This document shows, piece after piece, positions 9,685 to 17,017 of a stretch of 64,000 nucleotides of DNA (within the stretch, counting starts at the first letter, position 1; every line of letters starts with the position of its first letter). The DNA is from a virus: the IMG/VR virus record IMGVR_UViG_3300042321_002027. One strand, 5' to 3'. Position numbers and translations under genes: made by a program. The notes below the pieces were generated by a model, which saw nothing but the letters and a program-made list of their open reading frames with translations, was not told the DNA's origin and did no database searches.

Positions 9685-9759
9685 GGACCACTAGCATAAT
9701 GGTAGTGCAAAGGACTCTTAATCCTTCAGGTCGGGATTCGACTTCCCGGTGGTCCTCCA
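9685..9759 (+). tRNA. tRNA-Lys(CTT)
   Basis: cloverleaf, loop CT-CTT-AA, CCA. Confidence 0.9.
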
Positions 9760-9764
9760 ATTAA

Positions 9765-9841
9765 CGGAGTATAGCGCAGTCTGGTAGCGCATCTGCTTTG
9801 GGAGCAGAGGGTCGTGGGTTCGAATCCTACTACTCCGACCA
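9765..9841 (+). tRNA. tRNA-Pro(TGG)
   Basis: cloverleaf, CCA. Confidence 0.95.
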
Positions 9842-9993
9842 ATTTAATCGCTGGACTACTATAGAGATGGTAGGTGCACTCTGTCTCTTGTGCGTACCAG
9901 TAGAGGACGGGCTGACACCTCTATAAAAACGCGCCAGCAATTTATGTGGAGTAGAAACTTGTATGAGTGATTCGCTCCGCTCCATTTAAGTGC

Positions 9994-10068
9994 GTTGGTC
10001 GAGGAAGATGGCAATCCGCAGGTCTCCAAAACCTTGAGAACTAGGTTCGATTCCTAGGACCTTCGCCA
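9994..10068 (+). tRNA. tRNA-Trp(CCA), two U-U mismatches in acceptor stem
   Basis: loop CT-CCA-AA, T-arm, CCA. Confidence 0.7.
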
Positions 10069-10075
10069 AATTATT

Positions 10076-10150
10076 GGGCTTGTAGTATAATGGGTATTAT
10101 ATCCCGCTTGCACCGGGATGAATGGAGTTCGATTCTCCACAGGTCCACCA
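10076..10150 (+). tRNA. tRNA-Ala(TGC)
   Basis: cloverleaf with G3-U70, CCA. Confidence 0.92.
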
Positions 10151-10155
10151 TTAAT

Positions 10156-10229
10156 GCCGCATTAGTACAATGGCAGTACAGGGGCTTTGTAATCCTCTGA
10201 TGGGAGTTCGATTCTCTCATGCGGCACCA
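10156..10229 (+). tRNA. tRNA-Thr(TGT)
   Basis: cloverleaf, CCA. Confidence 0.85.
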
Positions 10230-10320
10230 ATTTGATCTGACTACGTAGCAGTGATGCGCGTCATGAATGTCAGACAGCCAGCCGAATAACTGTGAGGTTG
10301 GCGCTTTTTAGGAGAATACA

Positions 10321-10497
10321 ATGTTACCTGAAATAACTGTACCAAGAACTGTTTCGTTAGTCGAAATAGTCATTGCTGCTGGATTTGCAAAAAGCAAGAG
10401 TGCAGCTAGACGATTGATTGAACAGGGTGGCATTCGTATTAATGATGTAAAGGTTACTGACCCAAACTTAATAGTTCAGTGGCCAGAAAAAGAATAA
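10321..10497 (+). CDS. 58-aa stand-alone S4 RNA-binding domain resembling the TyrRS C-terminal domain (absent from ORF track)
   Basis: AGGAG RBS; MLPEITVPRTVSLVEIVIAAGFAKSKSAARRLIEQGGIRINDVKVTDPNLIVQWPEKE. Confidence 0.8.
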   Translation: MLPEITVPRTVSLVEIVIAAGFAKSKSAARRLIEQGGIRINDVKVTDPNLIVQWPEKE

Positions 10498-10506
10498 TAC
10501 TTGTTC

Positions 10507-10592
10507 GGGTGAGCGGCAACGACGGCGTGTTGCGGCGGACTGTAAATCCGTTGTCTATGACTTAGAAGGTTCGAATCCTTTCTCACCCACCA
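10507..10592 (+). tRNA. tRNA-Tyr(GTA)
   Basis: loop CT-GTA-AA, long variable arm, CCA. Confidence 0.9.
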
Positions 10593-10717
10593 AATTACCC
10601 GTTTTTCTAGATAAGACAGGGGAGACCTAGTAAGCCCAACATGAGGGAAAGCTTACGAATACAGGATTGCTGACTCTGTTCGCGAAAGGGCTAAACCTGT
10701 AAGGTGTAACGAATCAT

Positions 10718-10792
10718 TGGCGCATAGCTCAGAGGTAGAGCACTGTCCTGATAAGACAGGGGTGGAAGGATCGTTACCTTCTGTGCCAACCA
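10718..10792 (+). tRNA. tRNA-Ile(GAT), atypical T-loop ATCGTTA
   Basis: cloverleaf, CCA. Confidence 0.85.
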
Positions 10793-10793
10793 A

Positions 10794-11090
10794 TTATCCG
10801 TGTGAAGGATAAACCCCGTTCATTACCATATGAGCGACCAACTCATCTTCGTGCCATTCGCGACGAGTGCGATGACCATAATCTGGTCCTACATCGTTCC
10901 AAGGTCTTAGATCAGGTAATGCGAATGTTCTTTGTCCATCGCCGCCAAAGCGAGTTCCCAATAGAGAGAACAAAGCTTGGTAATGATGAATGTCTAAAAT
11001 TTGCCCACGGCACGGCATAGTTTGTGTTGTGTCCCAAGAAAAGGGTAAATAAATGACTTGACTTATATAAGTTTCCATAGTATACTCCAT
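10794..11090 (-). CDS. phage tail-collar domain (microcystin-dependent protein-like)
   Basis: C.GQIL.I..YQALFSLLGT.FGGDG..TFALPDLR. Confidence 0.85.
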   Translation of the reverse strand: MEYTMETYISQVIYLPFSWDTTQTMPCRGQILDIHHYQALFSLLGTRFGGDGQRTFALPDLRPWNDVGPDYGHRTRREWHEDELVAHMVMNGVYPSHG

Positions 11091-11120
11091 ATTATGAGTT
11101 GACGGAGTATTTAGTTTATT

Positions 11121-11186
11121 TCTAGCATAGCCTGGGGCGGTAGGTGCACACTACCAAAGTACGGTTCGAATCCGTCGCTGGAACCA
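11121..11186 (+). ncRNA. degenerate tRNA-like RNA (GCA in loop, minimal D-arm)
   Basis: acceptor-like stem, ggtag/ctacc stem, TTCGAAT T-loop, CCA. Confidence 0.5.
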
Positions 11187-11192
11187 GTTTAT

Positions 11193-11266
11193 TGGAAGAT
11201 CGTCTAACGGTAGGACGGTGGTCTTTGAAACCACGAATCTAGGTTCGATCCCTAGTCTTCCAGCCA
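11193..11266 (+). tRNA. tRNA-Gln(TTG)
   Basis: cloverleaf, CCA. Confidence 0.92.
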
Positions 11267-11272
11267 AGTTTA

Positions 11273-11328
11273 AGGATCCTTGCAGCAATTAACTTTCTTG
11301 CATGATAGAAAACCAAGCGGATCCTGTT
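11273..11328 (+). ncRNA. CAGCAA-family small RNA, copy E8 (orphan in tRNA cluster)
   Basis: AGGATCC-TTG-CAGCAA...GGATCCT-GTT, same architecture as the 29.1-31.1 kb array. Confidence 0.65.
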
Positions 11329-11459
11329 ATATACTGAGTCCCTCCAGCGGGATACCGTCCGATATAGACTGCCAGTTTACTGGGTAATGAATAAGGGCGG
11401 CAGTAATTGTTGTTGTAATAGCTTATAGTCTATAGAAGTAGCCGCACTACAAAGTATAC

Positions 11460-11542
11460 GGACTGGTTACCGTAGTGGCGAACGGCGCAGACTTTTAATC
11501 TGCTATACAACATCGTGGGTTCGAGTCCCACCCAGTCCTCCA
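11460..11542 (+). tRNA. tRNA-Lys(TTT) with extended variable loop
   Basis: loop CT-TTT-AA, 11-nt variable region, CCA. Confidence 0.85.
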
Positions 11543-11547
11543 ATTAT

Positions 11548-11622
11548 GGCGCATTAGTTTAGTGGTTAGAATACTGGGCTTTCAATCCGGGGAGAAGGGT
11601 TCAATTCCCTTATGCGCTGCCA
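11548..11622 (+). tRNA. tRNA-Glu(TTC)
   Basis: cloverleaf, CCA. Confidence 0.88.
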
Positions 11623-11623
11623 A

Positions 11624-11697
11624 CCCTGTTTAGTTCAATGGTAGAACGCTGGTTTGTGGAGCCAGTTACGGTAGTTCGATTCTACCATCAGGGACCA
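11624..11697 (+). tRNA. tRNA-His(GTG), A73 and no encoded G-1
   Basis: loop TT-GTG-GA, ends GGG-A-CCA. Confidence 0.88.
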
Positions 11698-11706
11698 ATT
11701 TATTAT

Positions 11707-11780
11707 TGCCCTTTCGTCTAACGGCAGGACTCTGGCCTCTGACTCCAGCAATTGTGGTTCGAATCCACGAAGGGCAGCCA
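11707..11780 (+). tRNA. tRNA-Gln(CTG)
   Basis: cloverleaf, CCA. Confidence 0.88.
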
Positions 11781-11794
11781 ATTAAGGATTTGTT

Positions 11795-12028
11795 ATGAAT
11801 AACATGAATAAAAACTGGGAAGCTATTCCTGAATGGCCAAAAGGACATAGAAGAAAAATTAGATCTTTGTACCTTGCTATTCATAATCCTTTTTACACTG
11901 GAAGATTTAAAGATTACGCCTTCCCTCTCTGGTGGAGGAATCTTTTTGTCTTGTATAGACGCGAGAAGTTTTGGTTAAGATGGCGTTTAATCTGGCGTTG
12001 GAATCAAATTAAGTCCTTGACTTTATAA
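11795..12028 (+). CDS. hypothetical Trp/Arg-rich protein
   Basis: AAGGA RBS, ORF between tRNAs. Confidence 0.5.
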   Translation: MNNMNKNWEAIPEWPKGHRRKIRSLYLAIHNPFYTGRFKDYAFPLWWRNLFVLYRREKFWLRWRLIWRWNQIKSLTL

Positions 12029-12045
12029 ATAGATCTAGGTATACT
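12017..12045 (+). promoter_or_regulatory. sigma70-type promoter with nested T4 late-type TATAAATA box
   Basis: TTGACT-N17-TATACT; TATAAATA at 12024-12031. Confidence 0.7.
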
Positions 12046-12102
12046 AGCTATACTACGAAGAGTGGAGGGCGTAACCACTATAAGAAATCGCATCGAGTTT
12101 AT

Positions 12103-12179
12103 TCCCGTGAACTGTCCTAGGTGGAGAGGAGTGACTGTTAATCACTATGCGGTAGGTTCGAATCCTACTACGGGAGCCA
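12103..12179 (+). tRNA. tRNA-Asn(GTT), atypical D-arm
   Basis: loop CT-GTT-AA, T-arm, CCA. Confidence 0.8.
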
Positions 12180-12184
12180 ATAAT

Positions 12185-12273
12185 GGAAGGTTAATTGCTC
12201 TGGGAGCAACCTCGTCTTGAAAACGAGTGGTACCTTGACCGGTATGGAGTTCGATTCTGCCAGCCTTCCGCCA
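12185..12273 (+). tRNA. tRNA-Ser(TGA)
   Basis: loop CT-TGA-AA, long variable arm, G73, CCA. Confidence 0.85.
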
Positions 12274-12322
12274 ATTCCACTACTAAATACTTGTGTAGAC
12301 AAGTGGTTTACTTTATGCTTAA

Positions 12323-13009
12323 ATGAGAGGTATTATTATGGCGGATCAGATTACAAGGCTCGAAGAAGGCCAAGGATTATTCTTCACTTTCCCAAACTCA
12401 GGTGTCTTATTTCAAAGAGTTCCAAAGGAAATTATGGACCCTGTTAACAAGGTTGTCCAAAAGCTTATGGACACAGACTTTAAGGAAGGTAAGAAGGCAA
12501 ACTATAAGCTGACAGCGAACATCGCCAAGGAGTTTGACCTTAGTGAAGAACTGATTCCTGTAATGCTTGAGTATATTGTTGGTCTAGCACAGGCTCATGA
12601 TCAGATGTCCCAGCCGCATCATATTCGTAACGTAACAGAAGTTGCCTCAAAGGTTACTAAGTTTAAGTTCAAGGATATCTGGGTAAACTTCCAGGCAAAG
12701 AATGAATTCCATCCGCACCATATCCATGGTGGTGTTTATTCGTTCGCTCTTTGGGCCAAGGTTCCTTATCACGCTGCCGACGAGCGAGCTCTGTATCCAG
12801 AGTCTACGCTGCCTATAGCTGGTAATTTTGTAGCCTATTACACTGACATTCTCGGACAAACCCGTAGCTTCCCGTTCCCAGTTGATAATGAGTATGAAGG
12901 AATTATTTGTTTGTTCCCAGCCAAGCTTGGTCACTCTGTAAACCCATTCTATACTTCTGATGGTTATAGAGTCTCGCTTTCTGGCGATCTTGTTATTGAT
13001 ACTGATTAA
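12323..13009 (+). CDS. putative 2OG-Fe(II) oxygenase (start probably 12338)
   Basis: WVN...HPHHIH, FPA.L.H.V.P, R.SLS. Confidence 0.7.
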   Translation: MRGIIMADQITRLEEGQGLFFTFPNSGVLFQRVPKEIMDPVNKVVQKLMDTDFKEGKKANYKLTANIAKEFDLSEELIPVMLEYIVGLAQAHDQMSQPHHIRNVTEVASKVTKFKFKDIWVNFQAKNEFHPHHIHGGVYSFALWAKVPYHAADERALYPESTLPIAGNFVAYYTDILGQTRSFPFPVDNEYEGIICLFPAKLGHSVNPFYTSDGYRVSLSGDLVIDTD

Positions 13010-13020
13010 TTGGAGGAACT

Positions 13021-13617
13021 ATGGAACATTATTTTCAAAAGGTTGAAGGCTGGTTTAACTTCGCAGACATTTATGCTTATGCGGTAGCTAATGCTCCCCA
13101 GAAGGGCAAGTTTGTAGAGGTTGGTCCTTGGAAGGGTCAAAGTTCTTCGTTCCTCGCTGTTGAGATTATCAATAGCGGTAAGGAAATCACGCTCGATTGT
13201 ATTGACAACTTCACTGGTTCGCCTATTGAACCTGGACAGATGCACGATCGCGACAATCAGGCTGGTCGTTTGTTCGAGGTTTTTACAAATAACATGAAGC
13301 CTGTTGAGCAGGAACGTCCAGGAATGGTCAAGGGCATCAAGGGAGACAGCGCCGAGTCTGCTGCTCTGTATGAAGATGAGTCTCTTGACTTTGTGTTTAT
13401 CGATGCTTCTCACGACTACGAGTCCTTCCGTAAGGATCTCCTAGCTTGGCATCCAAAGGTTAAGGTTGGTGGATTGTTCGCAGGTCATGACTTCGCCGAT
13501 CCATATCCTGGAATCGTTAAAGCGATCAAGGATCATTGTTCTCATGAGAAGGTTGGTGTCACGCCTTCTACTTGTTGGTTCTTTACTAAGACAACAAAAG
13601 ACTTGATTAATATCTAA
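13021..13617 (+). CDS. class I SAM-dependent methyltransferase (Methyltransf_24-like)
   Basis: VEVG.WKG.S, DFVFIDASHDY, GG.FAGHD. Confidence 0.85.
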   Translation: MEHYFQKVEGWFNFADIYAYAVANAPQKGKFVEVGPWKGQSSSFLAVEIINSGKEITLDCIDNFTGSPIEPGQMHDRDNQAGRLFEVFTNNMKPVEQERPGMVKGIKGDSAESAALYEDESLDFVFIDASHDYESFRKDLLAWHPKVKVGGLFAGHDFADPYPGIVKAIKDHCSHEKVGVTPSTCWFFTKTTKDLINI

Positions 13618-13644
13618 AGATATAGTATATTACAAAAATAATGT

Positions 13645-13721
13645 TGCGGGGTGGAGCAGTGGTCAGCTCGTCTGTCTCATAAGCAGAAGGTCGTAGGTTC
13701 GAATCCTACCCCACGCATCCA
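13645..13721 (+). tRNA. tRNA-Met(CAT), initiator-like acceptor
   Basis: loop CT-CAT-AA, GCGGGG start, CCA. Confidence 0.8.
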
Positions 13722-13723
13722 TT

Positions 13724-13797
13724 GGTCCTATTGCCGTCAGGGAAGGCTCCGGACTGTCTATCCGGAAAGGCGGGTTCGAGTCCCGTTAGGATCGCCA
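13724..13797 (+). tRNA. tRNA-Asp(GTC)
   Basis: cloverleaf, CCA. Confidence 0.88.
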
Positions 13798-13802
13798 AAA
13801 TT

Positions 13803-13878
13803 GTGACTGTAGCAAAACGGTTAATGCGCGGGACTGCAAATCCTTGAGGTGCCAGTTCGAATCTGGCCAGTTACTCCA
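13803..13878 (+). tRNA. tRNA-Cys(GCA)
   Basis: cloverleaf, U73, CCA. Confidence 0.88.
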
Positions 13879-13883
13879 ATTAT

Positions 13884-13977
13884 GCATCCGTATCCACCTT
13901 GGCTACGAACCAAGAGTAAGGTAACTGGAAGTGGCCAGCGATGGCTGATGCAGGTTCGAATCCTGTCGGGTGCTCCA
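13884..13977 (+). tRNA. D-armless tRNA-Arg(ACG)-like RNA with long variable region
   Basis: gcatccg/cgggtgc acceptor, cttgg-CTACGAA-ccaag, T-arm, CCA; only 7 nt where the D-arm should be. Confidence 0.6.
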
Positions 13978-13992
13978 TTTTAGGTTCTCAAT

Positions 13993-14490
13993 ATGAAGTC
14001 TTATCTAAACGCAGATAACGAAAAGATTTGGTCAGAAAGAGTTCATTTGGTCATAGAGGGGATTAATATCCCAGGATATGCTAGTGGGAAACACATATAC
14101 GGTTATGATCGGTTTCCTGATCCTCATTATGCAAACCCTAAGATAGCCTTAGACATTATTTCTGATCCGGATCTTTATCGTAATAAAAAGATAGTTGATC
14201 TTGGTACTGGCACAGGACTTATACCATTACTTTTAACAAAAAACAATTTTAATGTAATAGGTATAGAGAACAGAGAAAGAGGTTATGATGGTGCTGTTTA
14301 CACGATGAACCTCAATCAAATTTTCTATGAAATAATTCTTGGTGATGAAAAGTACCTCGATACTATCGAATATGATGTTCTTATCATGAACGATATATTT
14401 TATGATGAGTTTCATAAAGAAAAACATATTAGGTTAGGAAATCAAGAAAGAGAAAATGGGAAGATAGTTCTTTCTTCCTTAGAATTTTAA
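13993..14490 (+). CDS. class I SAM-dependent methyltransferase
   Basis: VDLGTGTG motif I, NDIFY. Confidence 0.75.
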   Translation: MKSYLNADNEKIWSERVHLVIEGINIPGYASGKHIYGYDRFPDPHYANPKIALDIISDPDLYRNKKIVDLGTGTGLIPLLLTKNNFNVIGIENRERGYDGAVYTMNLNQIFYEIILGDEKYLDTIEYDVLIMNDIFYDEFHKEKHIRLGNQERENGKIVLSSLEF

Positions 14491-14496
14491 ATTAAA

Positions 14497-14572
14497 GCAA
14501 CCTTGGTGAAGCTGGTGCTCACGTCCGCCTGAAGAGCGGAAGAACTCTGTTCGATCCAGAGAGGTTGCACCA
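14497..14572 (+). tRNA. tRNA-Phe(GAA)
   Basis: cloverleaf, CCA. Confidence 0.88.
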
Positions 14573-14586
14573 TTTAGAGAGTAAAG

Positions 14587-14772
14587 ATGAAAGAGTTCGC
14601 TAAAGTAACTGCCGTAGCTCAGAGAATTGATGTTCTTGTTGAAAAGATGAGGAACAAGAAACCTGTTCTCGGACAGTGGCGTTATCCAGAGTATGATGAT
14701 ACTCTCTGGAAATTCTTGAAACTCAATGAAGAATATGATCGTCTTTGGAAAAAGATTGAGAAGAAACTATAA
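14587..14772 (+). CDS. hypothetical protein
   Basis: ORF between tRNAs. Confidence 0.5.
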   Translation: MKEFAKVTAVAQRIDVLVEKMRNKKPVLGQWRYPEYDDTLWKFLKLNEEYDRLWKKIEKKL

Positions 14773-14773
14773 T

Positions 14774-14849
14774 GCGTCTTGGGAGGTGATGGGCATCTCG
14801 CTGGTCTCATAAGCCGGAAAAGGTAGTTCGATTCTACCATGACGCACCA
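14774..14849 (+). tRNA. tRNA-CAT (Met or Ile2)
   Basis: loop CT-CAT-AA, CCA. Confidence 0.8.
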
Positions 14850-14866
14850 ATTTATAGGATAATGAA

Positions 14867-15241
14867 ATGAGTGATGAACCATATCTTAAAATTATGAAAG
14901 TCGAATGGGTATACAACCCAAGTTACGGTGATGATCGTATCTGTAAGTGTTCTCATGCTTACTATCGTCACTTTGATACTTACGAAGAAATGAGTAACGT
15001 TGGTTGTAAGTATTGCGGCTGTCACAACTTTGAGGAAATGACAGAGTACGACAAGAAGGTAATATACAATCGAGTTGTTGAAAGCTATAATAACGCGATT
15101 GAAAACGGACACGATATGAACGCCAAAGATGTTTGGGATATCGTATGGGATATGAAAGAATGCGACGCTGATCTTGAAATTTATGATCATCGTTTCCTAT
15201 ATAAAATGGTAGAAGACCATAGAGTTTCTAGAACTAAATAG
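14867..15241 (+). CDS. hypothetical protein with Cys/His metal-binding cluster
   Basis: CKCSH.Y.RH...GCKYCGC. Confidence 0.6.
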   Translation: MSDEPYLKIMKVEWVYNPSYGDDRICKCSHAYYRHFDTYEEMSNVGCKYCGCHNFEEMTEYDKKVIYNRVVESYNNAIENGHDMNAKDVWDIVWDMKECDADLEIYDHRFLYKMVEDHRVSRTK

Positions 15242-15249
15242 AATAAAAT

Positions 15250-15323
15250 GCTGGTATGATGTAATGGTAGCCTTTCTCCTTGCCAAGGAGAGTGCGCGGG
15301 TTCGATTCCCGCTACCCGCTCCA
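15250..15323 (+). tRNA. tRNA-Gly(GCC)
   Basis: cloverleaf, U73, CCA. Confidence 0.88.
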
Positions 15324-15329
15324 ATTTAT

Positions 15330-15404
15330 GGCCGATTAACTCAGCGGTAGAGTATCTCGTTTACACCGAGGCTGTCGGGAGTTCGAATCTCTCATCGGCT
15401 ACCA
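15330..15404 (+). tRNA. tRNA-Val(TAC)
   Basis: cloverleaf, CCA. Confidence 0.92.
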
Positions 15405-15409
15405 ATAAT

Positions 15410-15493
15410 GCGGATGTGGCGTAACGGTAGCCGCGCTGGTCTTAGAAACCAGTTCTGGAAGGAGTGGGGGTTCAAGTCCCTCCATCCGCACCA
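15410..15493 (+). tRNA. tRNA-Leu(TAG)
   Basis: cloverleaf with variable arm, CCA. Confidence 0.92.
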
Positions 15494-15507
15494 TTTAGGA
15501 ACTTGTT

Positions 15508-15690
15508 ATGACATATTGGGAATACTTTTATGGAAAGTGCACTAAGAAACCCTGTGGTTCTCCCAAATGTTGTGCAGGTTGTGAAGAATGCTTTGGTCTT
15601 AATTGGAAACCATTAGGTCCAAAAACATTTGAAGAGATGTTAGAATACTTTAGAAGCTGCCATAGCTCAGTTGGTAGAGCAGTTGATTAG
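15508..15690 (+). CDS. small Cys-rich hypothetical protein, 3' end overlaps tRNA-Thr
   Basis: AGGA RBS; ORF track. Confidence 0.35.
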   Translation: MTYWEYFYGKCTKKPCGSPKCCAGCEECFGLNWKPLGPKTFEEMLEYFRSCHSSVGRAVD

Positions 15691-15731
15691 TAATCATCAG
15701 GTCGGGAGTTCGAATCTCTCTGGCAGCACCA
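15656..15731 (+). tRNA. tRNA-Thr(AGT)
   Basis: canonical body, loop TT-AGT-AA, CCA. Confidence 0.85.
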
Positions 15732-15732
15732 T

Positions 15733-15809
15733 GCCTGAGTGGCGCAATCGGTAGACGCATCGGTCTCAAAAACCGAGTGTTGTGGGTTCGAGTCCCACCT
15801 CAGGCACCA
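15733..15809 (+). tRNA. tRNA-Leu(CAA), short variable loop
   Basis: loop CT-CAA-AA, CCA. Confidence 0.88.
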
Positions 15810-15810
15810 T

Positions 15811-15839
15811 TTGACTTTTAATATCAAATAAGCTATAAT
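15811..15839 (+). promoter_or_regulatory. sigma70-type promoter
   Basis: TTGACT-N17-TATAAT. Confidence 0.8.
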
Positions 15840-15868
15840 ATAATAGTTGAAGAGATAACAAAGGATAT

Positions 15869-16300
15869 ATGATGGCCAAGTTTTTTGTTTATGTTTCTAT
15901 TGTAATTGCAGCGATCTTTATGCTTGTTACTGGAGCAAAGGCTGAAGAGGTAACAATCGTAGTAGATATCTCAGAACAAACAATGTATGTGGAGACTCCA
16001 ACCGATTATTTTGAGTGGGATGTTTCTACAGGTCGTAAGGGTTTCTCTACGCCTCGTGGCATCTATCAGCCATATTATCTTACCAAGATGCACTACTCCA
16101 GCAAGTACAACAATGCCCCAATGCCTCACTCTATTTTCTTCCATGGAGGATATGCTATCCATGCAACAGACGCCATAAATAAGTTGGGTCGTCCTGCTTC
16201 TCATGGTTGTATTCGTTTGCATCCGAGAAACGCTCGTTGGCTTTTCCGACTTGTTAAGGACTATGGCGCAGATAATACTACGATTTATATTCAAGATTAG
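15869..16300 (+). CDS. L,D-transpeptidase (YkuD family) with signal peptide
   Basis: VSTG...TP.G, AIH.T...LGRPASHGCIRL. Confidence 0.9.
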   Translation: MMAKFFVYVSIVIAAIFMLVTGAKAEEVTIVVDISEQTMYVETPTDYFEWDVSTGRKGFSTPRGIYQPYYLTKMHYSSKYNNAPMPHSIFFHGGYAIHATDAINKLGRPASHGCIRLHPRNARWLFRLVKDYGADNTTIYIQD

Positions 16301-16391
16301 GAAGGTTGGCTGAGCGGTCGAAAGCAGCGGTTTGCTAAACCGTCGTACTTCGCTAGAGGTACCAAGGGTTCAAATCCCTTACCTTCCGCCA
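16300..16391 (+). tRNA. tRNA-Ser(GCT)
   Basis: long variable arm, G73, CCA. Confidence 0.92.
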
Positions 16392-16407
16392 TTAATGTGG
16401 AGTTATT

Positions 16408-17010
16408 ATGGGTAAACTTATAGATAATTGGTATTGGGTTTTCGATGTTCCCAAAAGAAATGTTGTAACAGCTGTTGACGATTTTTTAACTGATGAAGAG
16501 ATAAATCGTTTAATTGAATGGGGGCAAGATAATTTGTCCCCTTCAACTATGGGAAATGGAAGGTTTAACTTCGATCTCAAGATAGCAGACAGTGCAAGGC
16601 TAAATGTCGAAGGGTTTGAAGACATTTACAACAAACTAGAGAAAACAGTACAGTTAATAAATTCTAAACATTATAACTATTTGATCTCAAAATTCGAGAA
16701 GCTCGAATTGCTTAGGTATAATAAGGGTGGACACATGGCAACCCATATCGATTCTCCGTTCAATTCTACAGTAAAGCTTTCGTGTATAATACCCTTAACC
16801 AATCAAGGAATTGATTACGAAGGCGGCGACTTCATATTATATGATGGTAACAGACCGATCACTGCGAATAACGGCAGACATAAACTTGATATGAAAAAAG
16901 GCTCTCTAGTTTTTTATCCTGGATATATGTTACACGAAGTTACACCTATTACCTCTGGAACAAGAATGATGCTAGGAACTTGGGTGTACGGAGAAAGGCC
17001 ATATATGTGA
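16408..17010 (+). CDS. 2OG-Fe(II) oxygenase (prolyl-4-hydroxylase-like)
   Basis: RY..GG...HID, YEGGDF, HEVTP.TSG.R. Confidence 0.88.
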   Translation: MGKLIDNWYWVFDVPKRNVVTAVDDFLTDEEINRLIEWGQDNLSPSTMGNGRFNFDLKIADSARLNVEGFEDIYNKLEKTVQLINSKHYNYLISKFEKLELLRYNKGGHMATHIDSPFNSTVKLSCIIPLTNQGIDYEGGDFILYDGNRPITANNGRHKLDMKKGSLVFYPGYMLHEVTPITSGTRMMLGTWVYGERPYM

Positions 17011-17017
17011 AACCTTT

